A stretch of 64,000 nucleotides of DNA, taken from Dendrobates tinctorius. Taxonomy: Eukaryota. Below, one piece after another: positions 1 through 58,110 of the stretch. Below the pieces are notes generated by a model. That model did not search any database. It had not been told where the DNA came from and saw only the letters and a program-made list of their open reading frames with translations. Every line of letters begins with the position of its first letter. Within the stretch, counting starts at the first letter, position 1. The stretch covers positions 35,836,001 through 35,900,000 of the forward strand of contig NW_027361679.1 in NCBI RefSeq assembly GCF_039654945.1, in the 5' to 3' direction. The position numbers were made by a program, and so were the translations under genes.

Positions 1-1896
1 CCCCGACGTGTGCACAAACAGTGGTCCCCACCCACATATGGGGTACCAGCGTACTCAGGACAAACTGGACAACAACTTTTGGGGTCCAGTTTCTCCTGGT
101 ACCCTTGTGAAAATAAAAAATTGTGCACTAAAAAATAATTTTTTGAGTTAAAAAAAATATTTTTTATTTTCACGGCACTGCGTTATAAACTTTTGTGAAG
201 CACTTGGGGGTTCTAAGTGCTCACTATGCATCTAGAAAAGTTCCTTAGGGGGTCTAGTTTCCAAAATGGGGTTATTTGTGGGGGAGCTCCAATGTTTAGG
301 CACACAGGGGCTCTCCAAACACGACATGGTGTCCGCTAACGATTAGAGGTCATTTTAATTTCAAAAAGTCAAATGGCGCTCCTTCCCTTCTGAGCCCTGC
401 TGTTCGCCCAAACAGTGGTTCCCCCCCACATATGGGGTATCGGTGTACTCAGAACACATTGCACAACAACTTTTGTGGTCCAATTTCTCCTGTTACCCTT
501 GCGAAAATAAAAAATAGCGTGCTAAAAAATCATTTTTGAGGAAAAAAAAAGATTTTTTATTTTCACTGCTCTGCGTTATAAACTTCTGTGAAGCACCTGG
601 AGGTTCAAAGTGCTCACTACACATCTAGGTAAGATCCATAAGGGGTCTAGTTTCCAAAATGGTGTCACATGTGGGGGATTTTCACTGTTTAGGCACACAG
701 GGGATCTCCAAATGCGACATGGTGTCCGATAACGATTGGAGCTAATTTTCCATTCAAAAAAGTCAAATAGCGCTCCTTCACTTACGGACCCTGTCGTGCG
801 CCCAAACAGTGGTTTATGATGACATATGAGGTATCGATGTATTCAGGAGAAATTGCCCAACAAATTTTAGGATCCATTTTATCCTGTTGCCCATGTGAAA
901 ATGAAAAAACTAAGGCTAAAAGAAATTTTTTGTGAAAAATAAAAGTACTTTTTTTTTTTTTACCGGTCAATTTGTGAAGCACCTGGGGGTTCAAAGTGAT
1001 CACTATGCATGTAGATAAGTTCCTTGGGGGGTCTAGTTTCCAAAATGGGGTCACTTGTGGGGGAGCTCCAATGTTTAGGCACACAGAGGCTCTCCAAACG
1101 CGACATGGTGTCCGCTAAATATTCCAGCATGTTTTCCATTCAAAAGTCAAATGGCGCTCCTTCCCTTCTGAGCCCTGCTGTGCCCCCAAACAGTGGTTTA
1201 TGACCACATATAAGGTATCGATGTACTCAGGAGATATTGCCCAACAAATTTTGGGATCCATTTTATCCTGTTGTCCATGTGAAAATGAAAAAATTGATGC
1301 TAAAAGAAAATTTTTGTTGTAAAAATTAAAATGTCCATTTTTTCTTTCCACGTTGCTTTAGTTCCTGCTTGAGGGGTGCAGTTTTTAGAATGGTGTCACT
1401 TTGGGGTATTTTCTGCCATATATACCCCTCAAAGTGACTTCAAATGTGAGGTGGTCCCTAAAAAAAAATGGTTTTGTAAATTTTGTTGTAAAAATGAGAA
1501 ATCGCTGGTCAACTTTTAACCCTTATAACTTCCTAACAAAGAAAAAATTTGTTTCCAAAATTGTGCTGATGTAAAGTAGACATGTGGGAAATGTTATTTA
1601 GTAACTACTTTGTGTCACATAACTCTCTGGTTTAACAGAATAAAAATTCAAAATGTGAAAATTGCGAAATTTTCTAAATTTTTACCAAATTTCTGATTTT
1701 TTCACAAATAAACGCAAAAATTATCGACCTAAATTTACCACTAACATGAAGCCCAATTTGTCATGAAAAAAACAATCTCAGAATCGCTAGGATCCGTTGA
1801 AGTGTTCCTGAGTTATTACCTCATAAAGGGACACTGTTCAGAATTGCAAAAAATGGCCAGGTCATTAAGGTCAAAATAGGCTGGGTCATGAAGGGG
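1..1896. mobile_element. Non-autonomous piggyBac-type element (right part) with ~390-bp internal tandem units
   Basis: Ends ...aagggg|TTAA (1897-1900); unit marker ctagtttccaaaatgg recurs at ~255, ~647, ~1034; homologous to 56610-63345; interrupts a CR1 RT at a TTAA. Confidence 0.75.
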
Positions 1897-1900
1897 TTAA

Positions 1901-3270
1901 TCAGTTTACCCTCAATTTCATCTAAATCATTGATAAAGATGTTGAACAATACAGGACCCAGGACAGAGCCCTGTGGTATGCCACTTGAGACATTCTTCCA
2001 ACTGGATGTGCAGCCATTTGCGACCACTCTTTGGGTCCGATCACTAAGCCAGTTATGAATCCACCTAACAGTTGCCTTGTCCATTCCATACTTAGTCATT
2101 TTTTCAATAAGGATTGTATGAGATACTTTGTCAAATGCTTTGCTGAAGTCAAGATATACTATATCTACAGCATTTCCCTGATGCACCCAGTCAGTGATAC
2201 TATCATAGAAGGAAATTAAGTTAAGGCCCCGTCACACATAGCAATCTCGCTAGCGAGATCGCTGCTGAGTCACAACTTTTGTGACACAATAGCGATCTCA
2301 CCAGTGAGATCGCTATGTGTGACAGCGATCGGCCCCCCTGCCGGTATCGCTGATCGCTGCAAGAAACCTCTGGACATTTTTTTGGTCGCTGATCTCCCGC
2401 TGGCCAGCACGCATCGCTGCGTGTGACAGGCGGGAGACCAGCGATCAGCTGTACTAGGATGTAAAAAATAATTAAAAAATGAAAAAATATTGTTATTCTC
2501 ACCTTCCGACGTCCCGCGCAGCATTCCCGCCTCTCTCCACGCTCCGGTCCCAGTAATCCTTTGCAAGAATGACCGTGAGACTTTGCGATCCCGCGAGAAC
2601 GGACATCATCGCGGTCATTCTCGCAAAGAATTACTGGGACCGGAGCGTGGAGAGAGGCGGGAATGCTGCGCGGGACGTCGGAAGGTGAGAATAACAATAT
2701 TTTTTATTTTAATTCTATTTTTTACATGGATCCATGGCATCAGCGTTAACGAACACAGCGATGCCGCGCGCTCGGCATCGCTGTGCTAATTGCTGATGAA
2801 GCTGTCTGTTTGCAGCTCACCAGCGATCACATAGCGACTTACCAGCGATCCTGACACGTTGATATCGTTGTCGGGATCGCTGGTAAGTCGCTATGTGTGA
2901 CTCCATCTTTAGTCTGACATGACTTATTAGTTACAAACCCATGCTGACTCTGGTTAATCACTTCATTCTTATCCAGGTACTTACATACATGTTGTTTAAT
3001 AATTTGTTCAAACATCTTTCCTGGTATAGAAGTCAGACTCACCGGCCTATAGTTCCCTGTGTCCACCTTCTTCCCCTTTTTGAAGATAGGAACAACATTT
3101 GCTCTTCTCCAGTCTTCTGGGACTTCTCCTGTTCTGCAAGAATTTTCAAAGATTATGGAGAGTGGTTAAAATATTTCTTCTGCTATCTTCTTCAGTACTC
3201 TGGGGTGTAATTCATCTGCACCTGGAGACTTGAATTCATATGTTAATTAAGTATTCCCTCACTATCTTTC
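1901..3270 (-). mobile_element. CR1 LINE ORF2 (RT) fragment, split by a MITE
   Basis: ORFs GNYRPVSLTSIPGKMFEQII...QHGF and [11 protein letters not shown]...[21 protein letters not shown]; cut just before the FADD motif. Confidence 0.9.
2224..2908. mobile_element. PIF/Harbinger-type MITE with internal ~220-bp palindrome
   Basis: TTA duplicated at 2221-2223 and 2909-2911; termini aggccccgtcacacatagc / gctatgtgtgactccatct; removal restores the CR1 sequence. Confidence 0.8.
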
Positions 3271-4409
3271 TGTTTTATTGGAACGTGTTGCCCATGCTAC
3301 ATCAAGACGATATTTAGTTTTGATAAGGCCTCTTACTTGGCCCCTTTGACTGTCAATGGCAGTTACCGTGACAAACCATAACAGTAGTCAGTTCTACATT
3401 GCTGGTAGGCCGCAAGTCTTGCACTGTAGACCACTGGCAGCCCCTTGCACCATCGTCCTGTTCTGGCAGCCTCCGATTCCTACAGCGCAGCTCAAGTACT
3501 TTCTATACCGGTTAATCAGGTGTTTGTGCCTACTGCTCACCCAATGGGGAAGTTCCATACCATTATATAGGCCTTCTCGCCTCCAGCTCACTTGATCATA
3601 GTCTGTCCTTTCAACTAGGCCTCCTGGCCTTCATCTCTCCTGATTGAAGTCTGTCACTTTAATTAGGCCTCTTGCTCTTCTGAGTGTAGTTCCGTCCTTT
3701 TAATTAGTCCTTTTGGCCTGCTGCTCGCCTGAGTGATATTCACTCGAGAAGAGTCCACTACTAAAGATAGTTACCCGTCTCTAGTCACCCTCCAATAGGA
3801 TTTGGCTGTAAGTCAGTTCAGATGATAGTTCACATGTGACTTGATGAAAGTCTGGAAGATGATTCACAGTGCCTTGGCCTCACAGGTTTTTATATTTTCT
3901 TGCTCCATCACAGCAGATCACTTGTCCCTGTGGATCACGCCTTTCTCTTCTTCCTGGGTAATCAATTACCTTGTTGTGGTTCGTACATTGTTTCTTTTCT
4001 TCCCATCTCTTTTGTCTTTGGCCAATAAATGGCAACATCCATTCACAAAAGTCTCACTGTGCATTATAATTGTATGAGTCGCTCACTTCCTTACAACTTC
4101 ATCCTTTGGTCTTACATAGTAGTTCTTCACATCCACCCATAAAAATGACATACAGTATACTGGATCTCAGCTTTATATTTTGCACAGCAATTAGAAGACC
4201 TCAACTCCCAATCAACCTTCAGAGAAACCTCTCAAGCCTACTCATCCACACATACTCTGACTCTTCTTCTGCTATCCACCATATTCTTACTCCACAACCC
4301 AGACACAAGACACTAGTTTCTACAATGCCACAATCACATCATCTCTTTTCTCATGTGTAATATAATGCAGCTGATCAATAGACAACCCTGATACTCCTAA
4401 AAAAAATTT

Positions 4410-5870
4410 GTGTCAAGTGTTCAAAGTTGCAGAGCAGTGCCAGAAGAAAACACACTCACTGCCATCAGCTCTCCTAAACAGGACTACTTCACAACTCTAA
4501 TATCTTCTCTATTGAATAACCCCAAACAGTTATTCAACACATTTAATTTCCATCCACTTGAAAGTGGACTATGCTGCAGCGTTCCTACTCTTGAATACAC
4601 CAGTTGTGTTGTGTATGAATAGTGCTTTGCGTCTTTGTATATAGTGTCATGTGTATTGTGTTGTAATGTGTAGTGTAAGATAAGTAATGTTAGTAATGTA
4701 TTGCATAGTGTAGGACATAGTGAATAAGATAGGTTGTTTATCTGATGGTAGTTTAGGTAATGACAGTCGGGTAAGATAGTTAATGTTGGAACTAGCCCAT
4801 AGTGGGAGGGGGCTTAGTGTTAAAGTAAGTGACTACTTCCTGTAGATAGTTAGAGTGCTGCTTAAAAGGGGGATTATAGAATAAAGAGACTCAAGGCCAG
4901 AGATAGTGAGATCCTATAGAAGTGGCTGACTAGTCATAGTGGCCTTCAAAGGAAGCATTTGTGGATAGGACGAACCCCCTTGCAACGCTGAAGGAAACCG
5001 ACATAAACAGGACTGAGTTACTGAGACTGGTGGGGGTCCCGAGCAGAAGATCCAGGGCACCAGTAGTGGAAGAAATAGGACACGGAACTGCTGAGAAATT
5101 AGAATTGCTGATCAGGATTGTTACGTTCAGGCGGGGCAGTAGTGACATAGGACAAGACAGTGTGTCTACAGAGCACTGAAGTAGAACAGCAGAGGAAGGA
5201 TACGGTGTAAGGGGAAAATGCTTTATACCGTAGAGGAAACATCCATAATACTTTGTACCTGCTATCCTTGTACATACCGTTTGACAAGTTAACGTTCAGT
5301 AAAGACTTTGTGTTTGAACGACGGTCTCCTGTATTGAACTGTGGAACCTATGGTTCTGGCCAGCACACACCTAGCCAGTACGCACATTTTCAAGTAGCAC
5401 GCCGGGGTGTAAAAGGAGACGAGTGCCTTGCCCGCGGTTACCACCCCTTGCTACATACTGATGCCACTCCCACTTATCTCATCAGATAACGTTTTCACAA
5501 CCTGTACAACCACCACAACCATTTGCCTAACAGACCTTCCCCATTACCTTTTTTCCATGTAATCAAAGAAGAAAAGCCTGCTCATGTTCTCTCCAGATCT
5601 CACCTCACCACTTGTTTTCTTGACCCTATAATTTCCTACCTTCTCCCAACCTCACCACTATGCTTATCCCAGCCTAACCCATCTCTTCATCTTATCATTA
5701 ACCTCTAGTGTTTTCCCTTCCTCTTTCAAACATGCAACCCTCACATCCTTCCTGATGAAGCAATTCCTTGACCCAGCCACTAATCTCCCACTCCTTTTAT
5801 TCTCAAAGCTCCTTGAACAGCGTGAACTTTTCTGCCACCTCTCATCCAACACACTTTTCAACAATCTACA
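4410..5870 (+). mobile_element. Degraded L2-type LINE fragments flanking an LTR-like insert
   Basis: Remnant translation AKQDYFTTLISS..NNPKQLFNTFN and 'ctctagtgttttcccttcctctttcaaacatgca' (FPSSFKHA), typical of L2 ORF2. Confidence 0.55.
4575..5455. mobile_element. Probable solo LTR
   Basis: TGCAGC...GCTACA termini, distinct composition, interrupts the L2 remnant; TSD not convincing. Confidence 0.45.
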
Positions 5871-5906
5871 AGACTGCTGGTCAGAAAGTAGTTAGTGAGA
5901 ATTTAA

Positions 5907-6839
5907 AGGGTGTCAGAGCGGCTCACTCAGCTGACACTGAGTTCGGCACAGGAACACTGTCTCTTTAAGTCCTTTCACGGGTTTATTATATATACTGTAT
6001 ACGACATAAACCATGGTGAGGACAAAGTAAACATGGCCCCTCAGGGCAAAACAGGAAAATAAAACAAAATAGTAAAACACAGTGCATTCATGTGTGGGGA
6101 AAATCACCCCGTCAGCAGAAATCAGCATCCAAAAGTTCAGCTTTCCTTCACAAGACACAACGCACTGGAGCTCCACTCTCCAGGCCTACCGAACGCTGAC
6201 TGCCTCGGCAAGCCAGCTATTTAAGCACCAGACCATACCCTGGGGTGGAGATAAGGTGGACATCCTCCCACCCGCTCTATGGATGTCCACATAAAAGCCA
6301 GTCCATTATAACAAATTAACTTAACCCCTCCAGGCACTTAGTGTGCTGGAAGAAAAACTCTGGGTTTTATATCACTGACGCCATCAAGCGTAGTGACACA
6401 TATCTCCTCCCCTCCAGTACTTTACCAGGACTTTGTCACAAGGGGTTATCTGGGACTTTACCAGCACCTACTTGGTAACTATGTACATGTTATGTCTGGC
6501 AACGATCTCTGCCAGCTCAGAGTGGTCACGGACTGCCAATGCAGGCTATTGTCCTGTTACTGGTAATGTCATTTCGACAGAGCAGTGTCTTCTCTTACAT
6601 TCTGCTCTGCCAATGGGGCATCGCTGTTGATGTCATGCTGATTGACAGCCGGCTCCCCGCTGCCTAACTGTGGAGAGCTGGCTATCGATCAGCATGACTT
6701 CAGCAGAGATACCCCATCAACAGAGCATACCAGAAGAAAAGGGCTGCTCTTTTTACTTGAGGTAGAAAGGAAAGTCTACGCCTTAGCTGATACGTTTTTA
6801 GCCCATTCTGAAAAGTAACCATAGTCTCAGATAACCCCT
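5907..6839. mobile_element. T2/Kolobok-type MITE
   Basis: TTAA|AGGG(LTR)GTTATCTGGG ... CTCAGATAACCCCT|TTAC; internal palindromy. Confidence 0.7.
5911..6440. mobile_element. Solo LTR inserted in the MITE terminal repeat
   Basis: TGTC...TCACA termini, 4-bp direct repeat AGGG at 5907-5910 and 6441-6444. Confidence 0.7.
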
Positions 6840-6862
6840 TTACAAACAGAATCTGCAACTAA

Positions 6863-7205
6863 AGGGGGTTTTACACATAGCGATATCGCTATGTGTGATA
6901 CTTACCTCCGACCGGCTCCCCCGCTGTCCATCGCTGATCGCGCGAGAATGTCCGGCTCCATTTCTCGTCCTCTGCTTCCTGCTGGGCTTCCTGCTGTGTG
7001 AGACGAGCGACGCTGGACGCGGGCGGGAGGACGTCAGGATCGCTGTGTGTGAAAGGTGAGTATCGTGCGCTGTGTCGCTGCTACATCGCTGTGAGGTCTG
7101 CCTGTGAGACAGCTCACTAGCGATCATGTAGCGATGCACCGGCGATCCTGACCGGGTCGGATCGCTGGTCGGATCGCTGGTGCATCGCTAAATGTAAAGG
7201 GGCCA
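6863..7205. mobile_element. PIF/Harbinger-type MITE
   Basis: TAA flanks (6860-6862, 7206-7208); termini agggggttttacacatagcgat / atcgctaaatgtaaaggggcca; related to 2224-2908. Confidence 0.7.
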
Positions 7206-7303
7206 TAAAATTCAACTTGTAGACAGAAAACAGAATCTAATTTGTTGATGTATCAGTAATCATTTGTTCTTTAAGGCTCATTCTCTCAACATTGTTTTCA
7301 CAG

Positions 7304-52340
<45,037 letters not shown>

Positions 52341-52672
52341 ATACCTGGTGTTCAGCACTTCTAGTTACAGAGAATAAGGGCATGTTCTGCTTTAATATAG
52401 GCTATACCCTCCAGTTTTCTGTGCATTATTTTCTAACTTCATCTAGAGTGGATGTAACATTATATAAGACATACAGACTGATGTAGAATAGCCTTTAATC
52501 TTTTACAGAATACCAAGTGTAAAGGTTAGAACTCACGAACATTCGCTATATATATGTATCAAGGAAATATACTCTTATAGTATGCTAGTACACACTTTAA
52601 TAGCCAAAGAAAATAATTCTGGAGCATCTTTTCTTATTACTGTTCCGTTGTTATTCCTCCAAGAACTGTACA

Positions 52673-52678
52673 AATAAA
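52673..52678 (+). terminator. Candidate polyadenylation signal of the HERC-like gene
   Basis: AATAAA about 330 nt after the stop, followed by GT/T-rich sequence (gtgtctcttttt). Confidence 0.55.
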
Positions 52679-53091
52679 TGAAAACTAAGTGTTACCACCT
52701 TCGAGTGTCTCTTTTTCATACCAGCCTTTTGCTATTTGACCAGAGATTCAAAGTTTGTTTTATCGCACCAAACAAATGGCTGACCACATACGAGTAACAT
52801 GTGGATGTCTGAGGAACTCTCTTTCCATCTCTCCAGTCACAGACGGGTCCCAAGTGGGAGAGCCTCAATCTATGACATTTATATTCCACTAGCTGAGAAG
52901 CCCGGCGTTGCCTGGGCATAGTAACCAACTGTGGTTAGTTATAGCAAATTATAATGATTATATTGCACATAAAAACATTTCACATCATATATTCAACACT
53001 ACAGATTTGCAACACAAATTAACTAAACGATTACCCAAGTATTGATAGTATTTTATTTTCAACTCATTCAAGGGTCTTTTGATAAACAACA

Positions 53092-53743
53092 TGTGTATCT
53101 GTGTATCTAACCCTATCCTGTGTGATAATGTCTGCTGAGCTCTGTACCTAATCCTCTCCTGTGTGATACTGACTGCTGAGCCGTGTGTCTATTCCTCTCC
53201 TGTGTGATATTGACTGCTGAGCAGTGTATCTAATCCTATCCTGTGTGATACCGTCTGCTGAGACGTGTATCTAATCCTATTCTGTGTGATACTGACTGCT
53301 GAGCCGTGTACCTAATCCTATCCTGTGTGATACTGACTGCTGAGCCGTGTATCTAATCCTATCCTGTGTGATACCGTCTGCTGAGCTGTGTAGCTAATCC
53401 TATCCTGTGTGATACTGACTGATGAGCAGTGTATCTAATCCTATTCTGTGTGATACCGTCTGCTGAGCCGTGTATCTAATCCTATTCTGTGTGATACTGA
53501 CTGCTGAGCAGTGTACCTAATCCTATCATGTGTGTTACTGACTGGTCAGCCGTGTATCTAATCCTATTCTGTGTGATACTGTCTGCTTAGCCGTGTATCT
53601 AATACTATTCTGTGTGATACTGTGCTGAGCCGTGTATCTATTCCTATACCTGTGTGATACTGACTGCTGAGCTGTGTATCTAATCCTATCCTGTTTGATA
53701 CTGACTGCTGCGCTGTGTATCTAATCCTATCCTGTGTGATACT
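53092..53743. repeat. 41-bp minisatellite, ~16 copies
   Basis: Unit gtgtatctaatcctatcctgtgtgatactgactgctgagcc. Confidence 0.92.
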
Positions 53744-54210
53744 GGGCTCCCCCTGCAGTCTGTGTCAGAGGGTGGTCTGTGTTGGCACGGTAATAAATTG
53801 TGTTATTTCCAGCTTCACAGAAGGACGATAACACCATAGAAATTATAAGAATAATAGGCAAAATTGTTTGGTGAATTGGAACGCGCATGGTTAAAATTTC
53901 ACAACATAGCCTATGACGCTGTCGGGGTCCAGACGTGACTGTGCAAAAATTTTGTGGCTGTAGCTGCGACGGCGCAGATGCCAATCCCGGACATACACAC
54001 ATACATACACTTTTTCCCCCTTATGTACATAGGGGCAAAATTGTTTGGTGAATTGGAACGCGCAGGGTTAAAATTTCGCCTCACAACACAGCCTATGACG
54101 CTCTCAGGGTCCAGATGTGTGACTGTGCAAAATTTTGTGGCTGTAGCTGCGACGGTGCAGATGCCAATCCCAGACATACACACATACATACACACACATT
54201 GAGCTTTATA

Positions 54211-55005
54211 CCGTATTTTTCGCTTTATAAGACGCACCTGATTATAAGACGCACCCCCAAATGTGGTGAAGGAATAGAGAATTTTTTAATAAATGGGGTC
54301 CGTCTTATAATGCCAGTGTCCGTCTAACAAATCATATAGGGTATATGTCCCTCATAGTCCCCCCATCCTAAAATTAGCCCCCTTAATCTGGATATGGCCA
54401 CCTTATATTGAATATAGCCCCCTTGTGCTGGCACACTGGCCCCCCTGTGGCTGGCACACATCACCCTGTGTTAGATATCGCCTCCATGCTGCTGCTTTTA
54501 GTAAAATAATCTCTTTCCTTACCTTCTCAGCACTGTCCCTCCTCATGTCTCCCTCAGTGTGGTTGAGCTCCTCCTCCACTTCCTGGTTCTCAGAGCCGGT
54601 CATGTGATCAGCACAGCAGAGTGATATCATCTCTGCGTGCCTGATGACAGCGGCAGCAGAGACACCGGTTTCACCGACCATGTGCGATCAAAGGAGGGCG
54701 CAGGCAGCTATAATATGCGCCGCTCCCCCAGTCAGTCACTGTAGTGCGGTTTCAGCACCATGGTGATGGACAGCGGCAGTGCATATTATATGAGCGGGAG
54801 CAGGAGATCAAAGGCTCCCTTCGGCAGCTTTTACCAGCTCACAGCACCGCTCCAAAGCTGCCCCCACCTCCCCTGGACCCTGCAGTATATATATATATAT
54901 ATATATACACCCCCTCCCCCGTATATTCGGATTATAAGACGCACCCCCTACTTTCCCCCAAAATTTGGGGGAACAAAAGTGCGTCTTATAAAGCGAAAAA
55001 TACGG
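54211..55005. mobile_element. Tc2-type MITE inserted in the Helitron 5' end
   Basis: Perfect 27-bp TIR CCGTATTTTTCGCTTTATAAGACGCAC; TA TSD. Confidence 0.92.
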
Positions 55006-55275
55006 TATATTAGATAACAAGACCTATGGATAGGTTGTTGCCTTATTAAGACAACTCCCCTAATTGTTTTTCATAGGGTTTAAAGTCTAAGACCCACATA
55101 GATGACCCCTGCCCCCCCCAGCGACATCAGCTAAAGTCTCAGTAACAAGACCCAACGCTTCCTATTGATAATGAATTGTCCATTTGCAACAGCCCTTTAA
55201 AAAAAAAAGTTGGGAGTGCATGTAAGGTGCATTTACCGCAAATTTTGTGAGATCCCCTTTTCCATGTATAGGCAT

Positions 55276-56416
55276 TAGTGATGAGTGCGCATGTGTTTAA
55301 CCCCTTAGTGACGGAGGTACATTTTTTAAATCTGACCAGTGTCACTTTTTGTGGTAACAACTCTGGAACGCTTCAACAAATCCCAGTGATTTTGAAATTT
55401 TTTTTTTGTGACACATTATACGTTATGATAATGGTAAATATAGGTCAATACGTTTTGTTTTTATTTGTAAAAAATATTAGAAATTTGAGAATAATGTTAA
55501 AAAATTTGCAATTTTCAAACTTGGAATGATTATCCCTTTAATCCAGATAGTCATACCACACAAAAACATTCATAAATAACATTTTCCCACATGTTGGCTT
55601 TACATCAGCGCCATTTGTAAAATGTTGTTTTATTTTGTTAGCATTTTAGGAGTTTTACAAATGTAGCAGTAATTTTTCATTTTATCAAGGAAATTTATCA
55701 GCTTTATTTTTTCGGGACCTATCCAGGTTTGAAGTGACTTTGGGCGTCCTATATATTGGAAAACCTCCAAAAGTTATACCATTTTAAAAACAACACCCCC
55801 TGACATATTGAAAACTGTTGTCAGGTAGTTTATTAACTCTTCAGGTGATTTTCAGGAATCAATGCAAAGTGGCATGACAGAAATGAAAAAGTGTATTTTT
55901 ACTGCCTAAATGTCGCTGACTTCTGAACAGGTTACAACAGCCGTCAGACTCTAAGGTCGCTATTTGGTCCTGAATTGCCATGGCATACATCAGGACCACA
56001 CAATCATGATCTTAGGGTGCAGATGGGGATAAAGAGGAAGCCCCCCACACTCTGTTAACCATTTATATGATGTTGTCACTATTGACAGCAGCATCTAAGG
56101 GGTTAAAAAGATTTGGACGGTGCAAACACTGAACGTGGCTGATGCAGCAAGTTGTCAGCTATAGTGGACAGCCGACAGCTGCTGGATTGTCACCTGTATG
56201 GGGAGGCTATTCTCTTATATCTCACGTCAGTTAAAAGACGTGTGGGCTGTCATTAAGTGGTTAAGTCCCGGCGGCTGCATGAATCGCAGCTGTTAGCAAT
56301 AACAAATGCGGGCATTGCCTAACAGCTGCAAATCATGCAGCCGCAGGGACTCGAACATATTAGTCAAGCACGCCCGAGATACTTGGATATCACCCGAGCA
56401 CGTTCGCTCATCGCGA
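55276..56416. mobile_element. hAT-type MITE interrupted by a piggyBac-type element
   Basis: TAGTGATGAG...CTCATCGCGA; 8-bp TSD ataggcat/gtaggcat. Confidence 0.7.
55301..56260. mobile_element. Short non-autonomous piggyBac-type element
   Basis: TTAA|CCCCTTAGTGAC...GTCATTAAGTGG|TTAA; left part is reverse-complement homologous to the end of 56610-63345. Confidence 0.82.
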
Positions 56417-58017
56417 GTAGGCATCACTCTGAACTCCTTTTTAAGGGTGCTCTCCAAAACCTAGTCAAACATTAAAAATAGCACAAAGTAAGTCTGTTGC
56501 ACAGCTAAACTACAAACTGTTACAACCAAAGAACAATCTGTGACTGTTATAATCATTTTTGTGAGAAGCACAGAATTATGCATTCTGTTGTTGGTGTGCC
56601 TAATTTTAACCCCTTACTGTCATGTGACGTACTATCCCATCCATGTGCCCTGGGACTTAATTCCCAGGGATGGGATAGTACGTCACAGCGATCAGCGGCG
56701 CCCATGTGGTGAGCACCGTTGATCGCGGCCAGGTGTCAGCTGATTATCACAGCTGACACCCGGCACAATGTGTCAGGGGCCATCATGGACCACCCCGACA
56801 CGTTAACCCCTTGCACACCGCGATCAAACACGATCGTGGTGTATCGGGGGTTAAAGGGAAGCATCGGCAGGGAGGGGCTCCCTCCGTGCTTCCCTGAGCC
56901 CCCCACAGCAGCGCAATGTGCAGCACTGCTGCGGGGGCTCCTTCCCTGCAGGTCCCCGGATCCAAGATGGCGACGGGGACCTTCGGAGGCCTGCAGGGAG
57001 CTGGCTACCTCAGTGCCTGCAAAGCGCACGCAAGAGGAAGTCTGCTTCAATGCCTGTGACAGATCGCTGATCTGTCACAGTGATCTGTGATGTGACAGAT
57101 CAGCGATCTGTCACAGGACAGTGATGTCCCCCCTGGGACAACCTAATAAAGTTAAAAAAAAAAAAAAAAAGGCTAAAAATAATTAAAAAAAAAAAAATAT
57201 TCCCTAATAAATTCATTTTTTGGAAATAAAAAAAACAATAAAAGTACACATATTTGGTATCGCTGTGTCCGTAGCGACCTGCCCTATAAAACTGTCCCAT
57301 TAGTTAACCCCTTTGGCGAACCCCTTAAAAAATAAAAATAAAAAACGAAGCAAAAAATAATGTTTTATTATCATACCGCTGAACAAAAAGTGCAATAACG
57401 CGCGATCAAAAAGACGCATATAAATATCCATGGTTCCGCTGAAAACGTCATCTTGTCCTGCAAAAAACGAGCTGCCACACAGCATCATCAGAGAAAAAAT
57501 AAAAAAAGTTATAGCTAGCTTTTTTGTATAAAATTGTTTTTATTGTATAAAAGCGCTAAAACATAAAAAAATGACATAAATGAGGTATCGCTGTAACCGT
57601 ACCGACCCGAAGAATAAAACCGCTTTATCAATTTTACCGCACGCGGAACGGTGTAAACGCACCACCCAAAAGAAATTCATGAAACGCTGGTTTTTGTTCA
57701 TTCTGCTTCCCAAAAATCGGAAAAAAAAATAGATTAAAAAATCTCAAGTGCCCGAACATGATACCAATAAAAACATCAACTCGTCCCGCAAAAAATAAGA
57801 CCTCACATGACTCGGTGGGTCAAAATATGGAAAAATTATAGCTCTCAGTATGTGATGATGCAAAAACTATTTTTACAATAAAAAGTGTCTTTTAGCGTGC
57901 GACAGCTGCCAAATATAAAAACCGCCATAAATAGTAAATCAAACCCCCCGTTATCACCCCCTTAGTTAGGGAAAAATAATAAAATTAAAAGAAAATGTAT
58001 TTGTTTCCATTTTCCCA

Positions 58018-58110
58018 TTAGGGTTAGGGCTAGGGTTAGGGTTAGGGCTAGGATTAGGGCTGAGATTAGGGTTAGGTGTGTGTTGGGGTTAGGGTTGGAG
58101 TTAGAATTGG
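58018..58110 (+). repeat. Degenerate (TTAGGG)n tract
   Basis: ttagggttagggctagggttagggttagggctagg... Confidence 0.85.

Larger units (their letters stand above)
52889..55014 (-). mobile_element. Non-autonomous Helitron (same termini as 48621-49614)
   Basis: Minus strand A|TCTAATA..TATAAAGCT; 3' gttactatgcccaggcaacgccgggcttctcagCTAG|T; internal ~175-bp duplication 53857-54195. Confidence 0.85.

Noticed and set aside
3270-4410. Possible upstream HERC exon or other gene
   Set aside because: No reading frame with recognisable RCC1/HERC similarity and clean splice sites found by eye; spliced alignment would be needed.
53092-53743. CRISPR-like regular repeats (also 48937-49439 and 59937-61156)
   Set aside because: Head-to-tail tandem units without unique spacers, no cas genes, eukaryotic context.
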